Source: Verrucomicrobiota bacterium | Lineage (GTDB): Bacteria > Verrucomicrobiota > Verrucomicrobiia > Limisphaerales > Palsa-1400 | DNA: 64,000 nt | Direction of reading: 5' to 3' | Assembly: GCA_049513975.1 (NCBI GenBank) | Contig: JBEKVM010000033.1 | Span: forward strand, 3,788 to 67,787 | Shown: positions 7,996 to 17,693 of the stretch, in pieces | Layout: the number at the start of each line of letters is the position of its first letter | Numbering within the stretch: the first letter of the stretch is position 1 | Made by a program: the position numbers and the translations under genes | The notes under the pieces: model-generated | The model's input: only the letters and a program-made list of their open reading frames with translations | The model's database searches: none | What the model was told of the DNA's origin: nothing

Positions 7996-9359
7996 ATCAG
8001 TCCCTTTCCCGCCGCCGCTTTCTCAAAGTTTCCGCGCTGGCCGCCGGCGCGGCCGCCTGGCCCGGGCCGTCGCTCTTGCGGGCGCAGGCCGCACCCAAAC
8101 TCAACATCGCCATGATCGGCCTGGGCGGCCAGGGGCTTTCCCGGCTCAAGGAAGCCCTGCAATGCGGGGCCAACATCGTGGCCCTGTGCGATGTGGACGA
8201 GAAAATGATGGCGGAGGCGCGCCAGGCCACCGCCGCCACCCTGGGCAATCCCAACTCCTACGTTGACTTCCGCAAAATGCTGGAGTCTGAAAAAAGTCTT
8301 GACGGAGTCATTATCGCGACGCCGGACCACTGGCACGCGCCCGTCTGCCAGGCGGTCTTTGCCGCCGGCAAGCACATTTTTTGCGAAAAGCCCCTGGCCC
8401 ACGCCATTTCCGAAGTGCGCGATTTGCGCGAGCGGGCCGGCCGCTCCAAGGTGGCCACGCAAATGGGCAACCAGGGAAGCGCCACCGAGACCATGCGCCG
8501 CGGCATTGAATTGATTCAAGGCGGAGCCATCGGCCAAGTCCGCACTGTGCATGTCTGGGTGGCCAAGAGCGGCTCCTTCCAGCCCGGCCAGGCCGCCCCC
8601 ACCGGTGAAAACCCCGTGCCCGACGGGCTGCATTGGGACAATTGGATCGGCCCGGCCTCCTTCCATCCCTACAAAAAAACCATCTATCATCCCAAGGCCT
8701 GGCGGGCCTGGTATGATTTCGGCGGCGGCTCCATGGCGGACTGGGGCTGCCACGGCTTAAACCTCCCTTTCCGCGCGTTGAACCTGGGTTATCCAACAGA
8801 AATCGAAGCCGATGTCCAGGGCGAAATCTCCGCCAGCTATCCCCGGGGCGTGCGCATCCGCTTCGACTTCCCCGCGCGCGGCGCCTTGCCGGCGGCGACC
8901 CTTTGGTGGCATGACGGCGGGCGGCTGCCGCCGGCGGAGGTGATGCCCAGGACGCTCGCCGATTTCCTCGGAGAAATGCCGGATGCCGGCGTCTTAATTC
9001 TTGGTGACAAAGGCTTCACCTTTGGCGATCCTCATGCGGGAGCGCGCTTCATCCAGTTGCACGATGAAAAGGAAGTCTCGCGCATCACCAACCATCCCGC
9101 AACGGCCAGCATCCCCAAATCCCTGCCGCGGGTGCGGGGGCACATGCAGGAATGGCTGGCCGCCTGCCGGACCGGCGACACCGCCGCCCCCTACTCCAGT
9201 TTTGAACTCGCCGGGCAACTGACCGAAACCGTTCTCTCCGGCGTGGTCGCGCTCCGCGCCGGCAAAAAGCTGCAATGGGACGGCCCGGCAATGCGCGCCG
9301 TCAACGATCCCGAAGCCGCCCAATTCATCCAGGCCAAATACCGCGCCGGCTGGTTTTAG
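7992..9359 (+). CDS. Gfo/Idh/MocA-family oxidoreductase with Tat signal
   Basis: MNQSLSRRRFLKVSALAAGAAAWPG. LNIAMIGLGGQG. TPDHWHAPVCQAVFAAGKHIFCEKP. The ORF-track start at 7506 would overlap the preceding gene and was discarded. Confidence 0.85.
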   Translation: MNQSLSRRRFLKVSALAAGAAAWPGPSLLRAQAAPKLNIAMIGLGGQGLSRLKEALQCGANIVALCDVDEKMMAEARQATAATLGNPNSYVDFRKMLESEKSLDGVIIATPDHWHAPVCQAVFAAGKHIFCEKPLAHAISEVRDLRERAGRSKVATQMGNQGSATETMRRGIELIQGGAIGQVRTVHVWVAKSGSFQPGQAAPTGENPVPDGLHWDNWIGPASFHPYKKTIYHPKAWRAWYDFGGGSMADWGCHGLNLPFRALNLGYPTEIEADVQGEISASYPRGVRIRFDFPARGALPAATLWWHDGGRLPPAEVMPRTLADFLGEMPDAGVLILGDKGFTFGDPHAGARFIQLHDEKEVSRITNHPATASIPKSLPRVRGHMQEWLAACRTGDTAAPYSSFELAGQLTETVLSGVVALRAGKKLQWDGPAMRAVNDPEAAQFIQAKYRAGWF

Positions 9360-9476
9360 CTTCAGCCGCCGGCTTCAGCATTGGAGCAAGACAAATGAGA
9401 ACCAAGCCGGGAAAAGAATCAAAGTTACAGTGGCCCCTGTTATGCCGGTCTGCCCGAGTCCTAGCGTGGCTTTAAT

Positions 9477-9869
9477 ATGAAAAGTATAATGCGGATTATT
9501 GTCTTTAGTGGTTTATGTTTAAGTTGCAGTTGTGCCCGACTGCCAGTGAAGTCTAGTTCAGCGGAAACTTACTCTCTAAACGATGACCGAGTCCTTGTGG
9601 AGGCAGGAGGGCGTTGGCGCCCTATAGCTGCCTATGAACAAGAGGCTGAGACATTGATCAAGAATAAGCATCCTGACCTAAACTGGAGCGAACTAAAAGA
9701 GGCGCAAGCGTGGCTAAATCCGTTCGGTGCCACGAATTCGTTTATGTTCTCGTTTGACTTCGGCCTGGGCAAGAATAGCTATCTTGTCTATTTTGGGCGG
9801 GAAGGAGGGATAACGAATTTCGATGAAGGAATAGCAGTGAGCGGTTTTTCGCCACATGTCAACAAATAG
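9477..9869 (+). CDS. Hypothetical lipoprotein, AT-richer than its surroundings
   Basis: N-terminus MKSIMRIIVFSGLCLSCSC carries a lipobox-like signal. I recognise no family. The composition visibly differs from the neighbours. Confidence 0.5.
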   Translation: MKSIMRIIVFSGLCLSCSCARLPVKSSSAETYSLNDDRVLVEAGGRWRPIAAYEQEAETLIKNKHPDLNWSELKEAQAWLNPFGATNSFMFSFDFGLGKNSYLVYFGREGGITNFDEGIAVSGFSPHVNK

Positions 9870-9870
9870 T

Positions 9871-10275
9871 TCACTGCGGCGGTGCCACAACCGGGATGAG
9901 GCCGCGGCCATTGCGGCGATAGACCGCGAAATCCGTCCGGTCCAGCGTCAGCACAAGAACGTCGGTCATCAATTCGGTCATGCGGACAATGCAGGCGTCG
10001 GCCAAATCCATATCGCGGTCCGCGTATTTCTTGAGCAGCACCAACACACCGGCGGTTTGTTCCGACAGATCAAAGCTAAGAATGATTTCCCCGGCCTGAA
10101 TCATATCCACGATGGCGGCCGGCTGGCCCGTCATCGCGGCAGCTTCCGTCACCGCCTCCTCGCAGGAATAAAACGGCGGGCCGATGCGCTCCAAAGTGTC
10201 GCATGCCCACCGGTGGTGCTGGTCCCGGCGGTTGAGCGCGGCGATGAGCGGCCCTGCATCTAAAATGTGTCTCAT
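9871..10275 (-). CDS. vapC: PIN-domain toxin, VapC family
   Basis: MRHILDAGPLIAAL... has conserved acidic positions (ILDAG, CEEAVTE, MDLADA, DRTDF) spaced as in PIN domains. There is a 4-nt overlap with the upstream antitoxin gene. Confidence 0.75.
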   Translation of the reverse strand: MRHILDAGPLIAALNRRDQHHRWACDTLERIGPPFYSCEEAVTEAAAMTGQPAAIVDMIQAGEIILSFDLSEQTAGVLVLLKKYADRDMDLADACIVRMTELMTDVLVLTLDRTDFAVYRRNGRGLIPVVAPPQ

Positions 10276-10505
10276 GCCGGCTTTTTGTTCCAAGTCCGCC
10301 GGTAGGCTTTATTGGTGCTCAGATCGGAAGGTCCTCCCATCACGCCAAAGTATCGCCGCATTACCGGCAATCCGCCTTTTTGGCCCAGGCGCGCCTTCAG
10401 GGCCTGCCGCGCGATTTCGCCTTTGGCCAGGCCGCTCTCGCGCGCCTCCGTCTGCAAGGCGTCCGCCAGTTCTTTGCCCAGCCGGACAGTCAACGTTTCA
10501 TTCAT
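10272..10505 (-). CDS. vapB: Ribbon-helix-helix (CopG-like) antitoxin, VapB-type
   Basis: MNETLTVRLGKELADALQTEARESGLAKGEIARQALKARL is a typical RHH N-terminus. The internal ATG (10505) was chosen and the stop overlaps the vapC start. Confidence 0.7.
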   Translation of the reverse strand: MNETLTVRLGKELADALQTEARESGLAKGEIARQALKARLGQKGGLPVMRRYFGVMGGPSDLSTNKAYRRTWNKKPA

Positions 10506-10637
10506 TGACTTAGTATAATACAGCAGTGGCAACGAGGCAATACAGATTTTATTTGTTGTAGTCGCAGGGGTCAAACAATAGCTTCGCCCGATATGCGCTT
10601 GACTCATCCCGGAGAGGTCATCCACGGTGTTTTCCCA

Positions 10638-11873
10638 TCAGCGGCTTTCAAGCCGGTAAAAGCACTGCGTATTGGTCAGCGGGATGGTGACTTGGTACTG
10701 CAGAGTTGTGGTCGTGAGCGTGGCGTTGGCGGTCACGTTGGTCCAGTTCGCAGTGGCGAGATCGGAATTCTGCTGCAGCACCAGATTCGTTGCTGGCAAA
10801 GTCCAGGACAGCATCAAGTTGCCTCCGGTGAGGGTCGAGTTCAACCAAGGCGTGGGGCTGGAGGCCGAGAGATATACCTGGTTGGCCACACCCGCCAGCC
10901 TGCTGCCATCGGCCGAGGAAGCGACGGAACGCCAATAAAGATATGGCACACTACAGGGCGTCCAAGTGGCGCCAAAATCCGCCGAGGTATAGAGCGCGCC
11001 GTTGCCCGCCGCCACCAATTTGCTTCCGTCGGCCGAACTCGCCACGCTGTTCCAATACTCCGGCGGCGCACCGCCCGGCGCCCAGGTCAGCCCGGCATCC
11101 GTCGAAAGATAAACCAGCCCCGGTTCACTACCGGTGTTAGTATGAAAGGACGCCGCCACCAGCCTGCTCCCGTCAGCGGAGGAAGCAACCGAAAACCACT
11201 TCGCTGCGGGCGCGGTGGTCAACGTCCAGTTCATCCCCGCATTGGTGGATATGTAAACTGACCCGTCGGCAGGCACATTCTGGTAATCACCCGGTTGGGC
11301 CGCGACCATGCGTGTCCCGTCCGCCGACGAGGCCAGACTTGTCCAACCCCAAGCGGCAGTGGGCGCATCCGAGAGCCACCAGTTGACTCCTCCGTCGGGC
11401 GAGAAATATATGCCGCTGCCACTCCCGGCAATGGCCAGTTTGGTTCCATCAGCGGACGAAGTTACCGCATCCCAGGCAGTCCCCATCGGAGCGTTGTTGG
11501 AGACCCAGGTGACGCCGCCATCGGTTGAGGTGAAGACCAAGCCGTACGCCGAAACCGCTGCCAGCCGGGTGCCGTCGGCCGAGGAAGCAACCGATTGCCA
11601 GGTCGAGATTGGCGCGGTCGTATTCGTCCAGGTGGCCCCGGCATTGGTTGATACGTAGATGGGTGCAGCCGGGTTGATGTGACTCCATACAGGCTGGGCG
11701 GTTATCAATCCGGCTGCCGCCACTAACCGCGTTCCGTCCGCCGACGACGCAATGGACGACCAGTTGGTGAGGGGCGCGTTGGCAGCCGGTATCCAAGTCT
11801 GGGCAAAAATGGGATTAAGAGCGCCCACCAGGCCGGCCAAGATCGCCGCTAACAAGGAGCATTTCGAGTTCAT
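10638..11873 (-). CDS. Secreted BNR/Asp-box repeat beta-propeller protein
   Basis: A signal peptide is followed by 8 repeats of W-x-S-(V/I)-ASSADG-x-x-L-x-A alternating with Asp-boxes (STDGGVTW, SPDGGVNW, STNAGMNW, STDAGLTW, SADFGATW). Confidence 0.75.
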   Translation of the reverse strand: MNSKCSLLAAILAGLVGALNPIFAQTWIPAANAPLTNWSSIASSADGTRLVAAAGLITAQPVWSHINPAAPIYVSTNAGATWTNTTAPISTWQSVASSADGTRLAAVSAYGLVFTSTDGGVTWVSNNAPMGTAWDAVTSSADGTKLAIAGSGSGIYFSPDGGVNWWLSDAPTAAWGWTSLASSADGTRMVAAQPGDYQNVPADGSVYISTNAGMNWTLTTAPAAKWFSVASSADGSRLVAASFHTNTGSEPGLVYLSTDAGLTWAPGGAPPEYWNSVASSADGSKLVAAGNGALYTSADFGATWTPCSVPYLYWRSVASSADGSRLAGVANQVYLSASSPTPWLNSTLTGGNLMLSWTLPATNLVLQQNSDLATANWTNVTANATLTTTTLQYQVTIPLTNTQCFYRLESR

Positions 11874-12029
11874 GAAACAACCTTGATGGCAAATGCTAAT
11901 CCGCCGGGATTATCCTGTCAAAACCTTTTATCAATGGCCATCTCTATGAGGCCGCCGCCCGATGCGCCGGTTTGACATTTGGAATCTGAATCCCATCATG
12001 GGGCCGGTTTGCCGGCGGTTGCCGGTGGC

Positions 12030-13160
12030 ATGACCCATACCGAAAAATTGTTGTGTGATCTGATCGCGCTGCCCAGCGTGAACCCGGCGTTTTTGCCCGC
12101 CCGCGATCCGCGCGCCGGCGAAGGCCGGGTCGCTGCCTTTTTAGCGGCCACCGCCGCCCGGGCCGGATTGGAGACGCATTTTCAAAACGTCCAGCCGGGC
12201 CGTTCCAATTTGCTCGCCTCGCTTCACCCCACGGGCCAACCCCGCCACCGTCTCCTTCTGGCCCCGCACCTGGACACCGTGCCGGCAACGGCCGATGAAC
12301 AATATGTGCCGCGGCTGGCAGGCGGGCGGATTTACGGCCGGGGCGCCTGCGATACCAAAGGCTCCGTCGCGGCCATGCTCACCGCCTTGTGCCAACTGGC
12401 CAAACAAGGTCCGCGCCCGGCGGAAACGGAAATTGTTTTCGCCGGCCTGGTGGACGAGGAACATGGGCAAAGCGGCGCCCGCGCCCTGGCGTCCGGCGGC
12501 TGCAAAGCGGATTTGGCCATCGTGGGCGAGCCGACCCGGCTGCGCATCGTCACCGCCCACAAAGGCAGTCTCTGGCTGGAGCTGGCGACTCGGGGCAAAT
12601 CGGCCCACGGCGCCCGGCCCGAGCTGGGCCGCAACGCCGTCCATGAAATGGCGCAAGTGGTCTGCCTGCTGGAAGGCGATTATGCGCGGCGCCTGCGCCG
12701 CCGGAGGCATCCGGTGCTGGGTCACGCCACCGTCAACGTCGGAGTCATCGCGGGCGGGACGCAGCCCAACATTGTGCCCGCGGCCTGCCGGATCAGTGTG
12801 GACCGCCGCACCTTGCCGGGGGAAACGGAACAATCCGTGCGGGCGGAGATGATGGCCCTGTTTCGCAGCCGGAAACTGCGCGTCACCATTGCGGACCAAA
12901 AGCAGGCGGCCTGCCGGCCCCTGGAAACGGATTGCCGGCTGCCGCTGGTGCGTCAATTCTTTCGCCTGGCGGGCCAGAAGAAGGCGGCGGGGGTGGATTA
13001 TTTCTGCGACGCCGCGGTGCTGGCGCGGGCCGGGATTGCCAGCGTGGTGTTCGGGCCGGGGGACATCGCGCAGGCCCACACGGCGGAGGAGTGGATTGCG
13101 CGAAACTCCCTGGAGGCGGCGACGGCGCTGCTGGCAAAATTTTTGCGGTCGCTGCCGTAA
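12030..13160 (+). CDS. M20-family metallopeptidase (ArgE/DapE/ACY1-type deacylase)
   Basis: LIALPSVNP...LLLAPHLDTVP...GRGACDTKG...VDEEHGQSGA...HTAEEWI is the typical order of M20 metal-ligand motifs. The start is uncertain (ATG 12030 vs ORF-track 11979). Confidence 0.8.
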   Translation: MTHTEKLLCDLIALPSVNPAFLPARDPRAGEGRVAAFLAATAARAGLETHFQNVQPGRSNLLASLHPTGQPRHRLLLAPHLDTVPATADEQYVPRLAGGRIYGRGACDTKGSVAAMLTALCQLAKQGPRPAETEIVFAGLVDEEHGQSGARALASGGCKADLAIVGEPTRLRIVTAHKGSLWLELATRGKSAHGARPELGRNAVHEMAQVVCLLEGDYARRLRRRRHPVLGHATVNVGVIAGGTQPNIVPAACRISVDRRTLPGETEQSVRAEMMALFRSRKLRVTIADQKQAACRPLETDCRLPLVRQFFRLAGQKKAAGVDYFCDAAVLARAGIASVVFGPGDIAQAHTAEEWIARNSLEAATALLAKFLRSLP

Positions 13161-13165
13161 AACTG

Positions 13166-14479
13166 ATGAGTTCCCACAGCCAATCTTCCTTTTTCCGCCA
13201 AAGCGGGTGGATGGTGGTGTCCACCTTTGTCGGCGGCATTTTCATGGCCGGAGTTCAAATCGTGGCTCTGCATGGCCATGTCATGGAAGAATCCGATTGC
13301 AACACCTTTATTGCGCTGCTGCGGTTGCTCATGCTCTTCGGGGCGGTGCCTTCGGCGGCCTTGCAAACCATCTTTGCCCAGCAGGCCGCGGCGGCCTTGA
13401 CCGATGAAGCCAGGGGGGAATTGACCGCGTCGGTCCGCGCCCTGCTCCGGACCACTTTTATTTTTTGGCTGTGCGTGGCCGGCCTGGTCTTGATTCTTGC
13501 CCGGCCATTTTCCGCGGCCCTGGCTGTCAACGATCCGACGGCGGTGCGCGTCACCATGTTGGCCGTCCTCGCCGTCGTCTGGGGGCCGACTTTCAAAGGC
13601 TTGCTCCAGGGGCTGCACCGCTTTGGTCCCTTGGGCTCGCTCGCGACGCTCGAAGGCATGGTCCGGCTGGGAACCTTTATTTTGCTCGTCAAGTGGCTGC
13701 ACGGCGGAGCGGCCGGAGGGGTGTGGGCGGTATTCATCGCCCAATACCTGGTGCTTATCATCGCCGTCTGGCAGACCCGGGATGTCTGGAGCGCCAAAAT
13801 CCCGGCCGCCTTTGCGTGGAAACCCTGGCTCCGCTGGGGTGTGCCGCTCACCCTGGGCATGGGCGCCTATGTCTTCATGTCCATTCAAGTGGACAGTTTG
13901 TTTGTCAAAAGCGCCTTTCATAATTCCACCCACGTGCAGTTATACAATTGCGCGATGTTCATCGGATTCGCCATGACCCAGTTCATCGCCCCCATCACCG
14001 CCGTGATGTTCCCGACGATTGTCCGGAGTCTGGCCCTGTCCAGGAAGAGCGACGCCCTGGTCCTGACGCTGGCGGTGACGGGAGTTTTTGCCGGTCTGGC
14101 CGCGACGGCATGCACGCTGTTTCCCAAACTGCCTCTCGCCATTCTCTTTCCAGATAAAATCGGGGCGGCTGTTTTAGTGCCGTGGTACATCTGGGCGCTG
14201 GTTCCCCTCGCCCTGGCCTATCCGCTGATCCAGAACTTGCTCGCCCGCGGACGATTCGCCGCCACGCCCTGGCTCATTGCGGTCCCGATTCTTTACGTGC
14301 TGACCCTGATCGCCCTCAAGCCGTGGCTGGTGGCGATGCCGGACGACTTCAGCGCCTTCAAGGTCATCATCCAAATCATGGGCTGCTTCTGTCTTTTACT
14401 CTTTGGCGTGGCGGCCTGGTTCACCTGGCGCAAGCCGGCTAACGCAGTTTTGGATCCGGGTTCGGCGGCGGCGCGTTGA
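13166..14479 (+). CDS. Polysaccharide/oligosaccharide flippase (MOP/Wzx-like, multi-TM)
   Basis: Starts MSSHSQSSFFRQSGWMVVSTFVGGIFMAG and has about 12-14 hydrophobic helices throughout. It lies next to a GT2 gene. The ORF-track start at 12932 overlaps the previous gene. Confidence 0.7.
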   Translation: MSSHSQSSFFRQSGWMVVSTFVGGIFMAGVQIVALHGHVMEESDCNTFIALLRLLMLFGAVPSAALQTIFAQQAAAALTDEARGELTASVRALLRTTFIFWLCVAGLVLILARPFSAALAVNDPTAVRVTMLAVLAVVWGPTFKGLLQGLHRFGPLGSLATLEGMVRLGTFILLVKWLHGGAAGGVWAVFIAQYLVLIIAVWQTRDVWSAKIPAAFAWKPWLRWGVPLTLGMGAYVFMSIQVDSLFVKSAFHNSTHVQLYNCAMFIGFAMTQFIAPITAVMFPTIVRSLALSRKSDALVLTLAVTGVFAGLAATACTLFPKLPLAILFPDKIGAAVLVPWYIWALVPLALAYPLIQNLLARGRFAATPWLIAVPILYVLTLIALKPWLVAMPDDFSAFKVIIQIMGCFCLLLFGVAAWFTWRKPANAVLDPGSAAAR

Positions 14480-15257
14480 GTTTGCGATACAGCCAGTTTT
14501 CCACCGGGGCGAAAAGTTTCCGCAGCGGATTGAGCCGCGAATAAATCATCTTCAATCGAATCACCGACAGCAGCATCGTCAGCGAAGTCCGGCCCAGCGC
14601 CACCTTGGAGCCTACCTTGTCCGTCCACTCCGTCGGCACTTCCAAAACGGTGAAACCGGCCCGCTTGAGCAAGTAAAGAAGATTGATGTCAAAGGCCATG
14701 TCGGCAATGCAGAGGGAGGGATGGATTTTTTCCACGGCGGCGCGCCGCATCACCTTGGCCCCGCATTGCGTGTCGCGGATGTTCATGCCGAAAAAAAACT
14801 GCACGATGCGGTGAAAAACCCGGCTGGCAAATTGCCGCCGCCCCGTCTGCATCTGGTGCAGCACCGCCCCCGCCAGCCAGCGCGAACCAATCACGCAATC
14901 CGCCCCGGGCGTGTGGCGGATCAGGTCCAGAAACGCGGGCGGGGCCGTGGCCCCGTCGGCATCCACGTACCCGATCAAATCGGCCCGCGGAGCCAGGCGC
15001 AACCCCTCGATCAGCGCTCCCCCTTTGCCAATGGGCGCGGGAAATTCCAGCGCGCTGACTTCGGGAAATTCCGCCCCCACCCGCCGCACCACGCCCAAAG
15101 TATTGTCCCGGCAGCCGTTGAGCACCACCACCAGTTGGAACTTGCCCTGATAATTGTTGCGGAAATACTCCGCGTAGCCGCGCAAAACCGGTTCGATCCG
15201 ATCCTCCTCGTTGTAAGCAGGTATCAGCAACAACACACTGGGATGACCCTCGGCCAC
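14439..15257 (-). CDS. Family-2 glycosyltransferase (polyprenol-phosphate sugar transferase-like)
   Basis: VLLLIPAYNEEDRIEPVL...VVVLNGCRDNT...YVDADGAT (DXD region) is a GT2 signature. Confidence 0.85.
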   Translation of the reverse strand: MAEGHPSVLLLIPAYNEEDRIEPVLRGYAEYFRNNYQGKFQLVVVLNGCRDNTLGVVRRVGAEFPEVSALEFPAPIGKGGALIEGLRLAPRADLIGYVDADGATAPPAFLDLIRHTPGADCVIGSRWLAGAVLHQMQTGRRQFASRVFHRIVQFFFGMNIRDTQCGAKVMRRAAVEKIHPSLCIADMAFDINLLYLLKRAGFTVLEVPTEWTDKVGSKVALGRTSLTMLLSVIRLKMIYSRLNPLRKLFAPVENWLYRKLNAPPPNPDPKLR

Positions 15258-15315
15258 AGGCGGAGTATTTACCCAATCCGCCCCGCCATGTCGAGGGGAG
15301 AGTTTGCCCGTCTCT

Positions 15316-15400
15316 CTTAAACTTAATCTTAATCTCCTTCATTTCACAGAGAGGATTAAGATTAGGATTAGGATTAAGATTAAGAGCAGGATTAGGATGG
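15316..15400. repeat. Hexanucleotide array in inverted configuration (CTTAAT units facing ATTAAG/ATTAGG units), capable of a hairpin
   Basis: cttaaacttaatcttaatctcc-ttcatttcacagag-aggattaagattaggattaggattaagattaagagcaggattaggatgg lies in the divergent intergenic region between 15257 (-) and 15454 (+). Confidence 0.85.
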
Positions 15401-15453
15401 AAACCCTGCCGTTTGCCGCTTGCCAGCGGCGGGCGGGCGTTTAACCTTGCCCG

Positions 15454-16245
15454 GTGAACCTTCTTTTCATTGGCGACATCGTGGGCGAACCGGGGCGGCG
15501 CGCCGTCAAACAGCTCTTGCCCAAATTGCGCGCGGACCACCGGCTGGACATGGTGGTGGCCAATGGCGAAAATGCCGCCGGCGGCGCGGGCATCACCGTC
15601 AACACCGCCAACGAAATTTTCGGCGCCGGCGTGGACATCATGACCACCGGGGACCATCTGTGGGATCAAAAGGAAGTGGCCATTCTGCTGCAAACCGAAC
15701 CGCGTTTCTTGCGCCCGCTCAATTATCCGCCCGGCGTCATGGGCCAGGGCAGCACAATTTGGCATTCCGAAAAGCTCCCCCCCGTCGCCGTGCTCAACTT
15801 GCAGGGCCGCACCTTCATGCCCCCGCTGGACAATCCGTTTCTCTGCGGCAAGACCGAGGCGGAACATCTGCGCAAAATCACCCATATTATTTTTGTGGAC
15901 ATGCACGCCGAGGCGACCTCTGAAAAAATCGCCCTGGCCCGCATGCTGGACGGCCGGGTCAGCGCCGTGGTGGGAACCCACACCCATGTGCAAACCGCCG
16001 ACGAGCAAATTTTCCCCGGCGGCACCGCCTATCTGAGCGACGCCGGTTTCACCGGCCCGCATGAAAGCGTTCTCGGCCGCGAAATCGAGCCGATCATCGA
16101 GCGCTTCCGCGCCAACACCCCGCAAAAATTCGACGTGGCCAAAGGCCGCATCCTCCTGCAAGGCGCGCTGATTGAAATTGATGCCATCACCGGCCGGGCC
16201 TTGAGCATCCGCCGCATTTCCGAGCCGCTGCCTGACCATGCCTAA
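15454..16245 (+). CDS. ymdB: YmdB-like (TIGR00282-type) metallophosphoesterase
   Basis: GTG start. LLFIGDIVGEPGRRAVKQLLPKLRADHRLDMVVANGENAAGGAGIT...VDMHAEATSEK...GTHTHVQTADE are the calcineurin-like motifs in YmdB order. Confidence 0.85.
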   Translation: MNLLFIGDIVGEPGRRAVKQLLPKLRADHRLDMVVANGENAAGGAGITVNTANEIFGAGVDIMTTGDHLWDQKEVAILLQTEPRFLRPLNYPPGVMGQGSTIWHSEKLPPVAVLNLQGRTFMPPLDNPFLCGKTEAEHLRKITHIIFVDMHAEATSEKIALARMLDGRVSAVVGTHTHVQTADEQIFPGGTAYLSDAGFTGPHESVLGREIEPIIERFRANTPQKFDVAKGRILLQGALIEIDAITGRALSIRRISEPLPDHA

Positions 16246-17641
16246 ACAATCTTCACAATGGGATTTTGGCGGAGAACTCTTTCCTCCAGAAGCGACGCGG
16301 CGCGTGTTCTCCGTCAGCGAGCTGACGGCGGACATCCGGCGCGCGCTGGAAAAACAAGTCGGCCAGATTTGGGTCACGGGCGAAATCACCAATTTCCGCC
16401 AGCAAATGTCCGGGCACATTTATTTCACCCTCAAAGACGCGAGCGCGCAGTTGGGCTGCGTTCTTTTTCGCAGCGACGCGGTGGCCAATCGCGGCGCGCT
16501 GGCCGATGGACGCAAGGTGGTTCTCAAGGGCGACATCACCGTCTATGAACCGCGCGGACAGTATCAATTGCAGGTGCTGGCCATCGAACTGCAGGGCGTC
16601 GGCGCGCTCCAGGCCGCGTTTGAAAAACTGAAAGAAAAGCTCGGCGCGGAAGGGCTTTTTGCCCCGGACCGAAAACGTCCCCTCCCCCGCTTTCCGCAGC
16701 GCATCGGCCTGGTCACGTCTCCCACCGGCGCGGCCATTCGCGATATTTTGCATGTGATGCAACGGCGCAATCCGACGGTCGAAATCATTCTGGCCCCGTG
16801 CGCCGTGCAGGGCGCGGGCGCGGCGGCGGAAATCGCCGCGGCCATTGCCCTGCTCAACGAATGGTCGCAAAAATCCCCCGCGCCGCTGGACTTGATTCTG
16901 GTCACGCGCGGCGGCGGCAGCCTGGAAGACCTTTGGGCCTTCAACGAGGAAGCGGTGGCCCGCGCCATTTTCCATTCCGCCCTGCCGGTGGTGTCGGCGG
17001 TCGGCCATGAAATTGATTTCACCATCAGCGATTTCGTGGCGGATTTGCGCGCCGCCACGCCGAGCGCGGCGGCGGAAGTTTTGACCGAGGGCGTTTTTGC
17101 CGGCGCGCGCCGGGTGGCGCAAGTTCCGGCGCAACTGGGCGAAAGGGTGAGACGCCGCCTCCTGGGCGAGCGCCGCCACTTTGAGCAATTGACCCGCCGC
17201 CTCCAAACCGTCCATCCGCGCCGCCAACTGCATGAGCGCCGCCAGCAGGCGGACGAATTGCAACTGGCCGTTTCGCGCTGCGCGCGGCGTCAACTGCAAA
17301 AACTGCGCCAGGCCTGGCAAACCCGGCGCGAGCGGCTGGCCCGCCTCCGTCCCGGCCGGATGCTGGCGCTGCGCCGTGAATGGCTCCAGGGCCGGCAACG
17401 CCGCCTGGGCGGGCAGGCGCTGCTGCTTTTGCAAAATCTGCGCCAGCGCGCCGCCGCGCTCGCCGCCCGCCTGCAACTGCTCGGCCCGGAGCAGGTGCTG
17501 GCCCGCGGCTACTCCATCACCTTGGACGCCGCCACCGGCCGCATCCTCCGCGCCGCCGCCGAAACCGCCCCCGGCCAAAAGTTGAAGACGCGGCTGAAAA
17601 CCGGGGAAGTGAGCAGCACAGTGAACGGCAAGTCTCAATAG
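16238..17641 (+). CDS. xseA: Exodeoxyribonuclease VII large subunit
   Basis: VFSVSELTADIRRALEKQVGQIWVTGEITNFRQQMSGHIYFTLKD (OB fold) is followed by RIGLVTSPTGAAIRDIL, ILVTRGGGSLEDLWAFNEE and a C-terminal coiled coil. Confidence 0.9.
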   Translation: MPKQSSQWDFGGELFPPEATRRVFSVSELTADIRRALEKQVGQIWVTGEITNFRQQMSGHIYFTLKDASAQLGCVLFRSDAVANRGALADGRKVVLKGDITVYEPRGQYQLQVLAIELQGVGALQAAFEKLKEKLGAEGLFAPDRKRPLPRFPQRIGLVTSPTGAAIRDILHVMQRRNPTVEIILAPCAVQGAGAAAEIAAAIALLNEWSQKSPAPLDLILVTRGGGSLEDLWAFNEEAVARAIFHSALPVVSAVGHEIDFTISDFVADLRAATPSAAAEVLTEGVFAGARRVAQVPAQLGERVRRRLLGERRHFEQLTRRLQTVHPRRQLHERRQQADELQLAVSRCARRQLQKLRQAWQTRRERLARLRPGRMLALRREWLQGRQRRLGGQALLLLQNLRQRAAALAARLQLLGPEQVLARGYSITLDAATGRILRAAAETAPGQKLKTRLKTGEVSSTVNGKSQ

Positions 17642-17693
17642 ACCTCCCCCGCGCGGCAAAAAGCGAACACGAGAATGCCCCGGAACCGGACTC

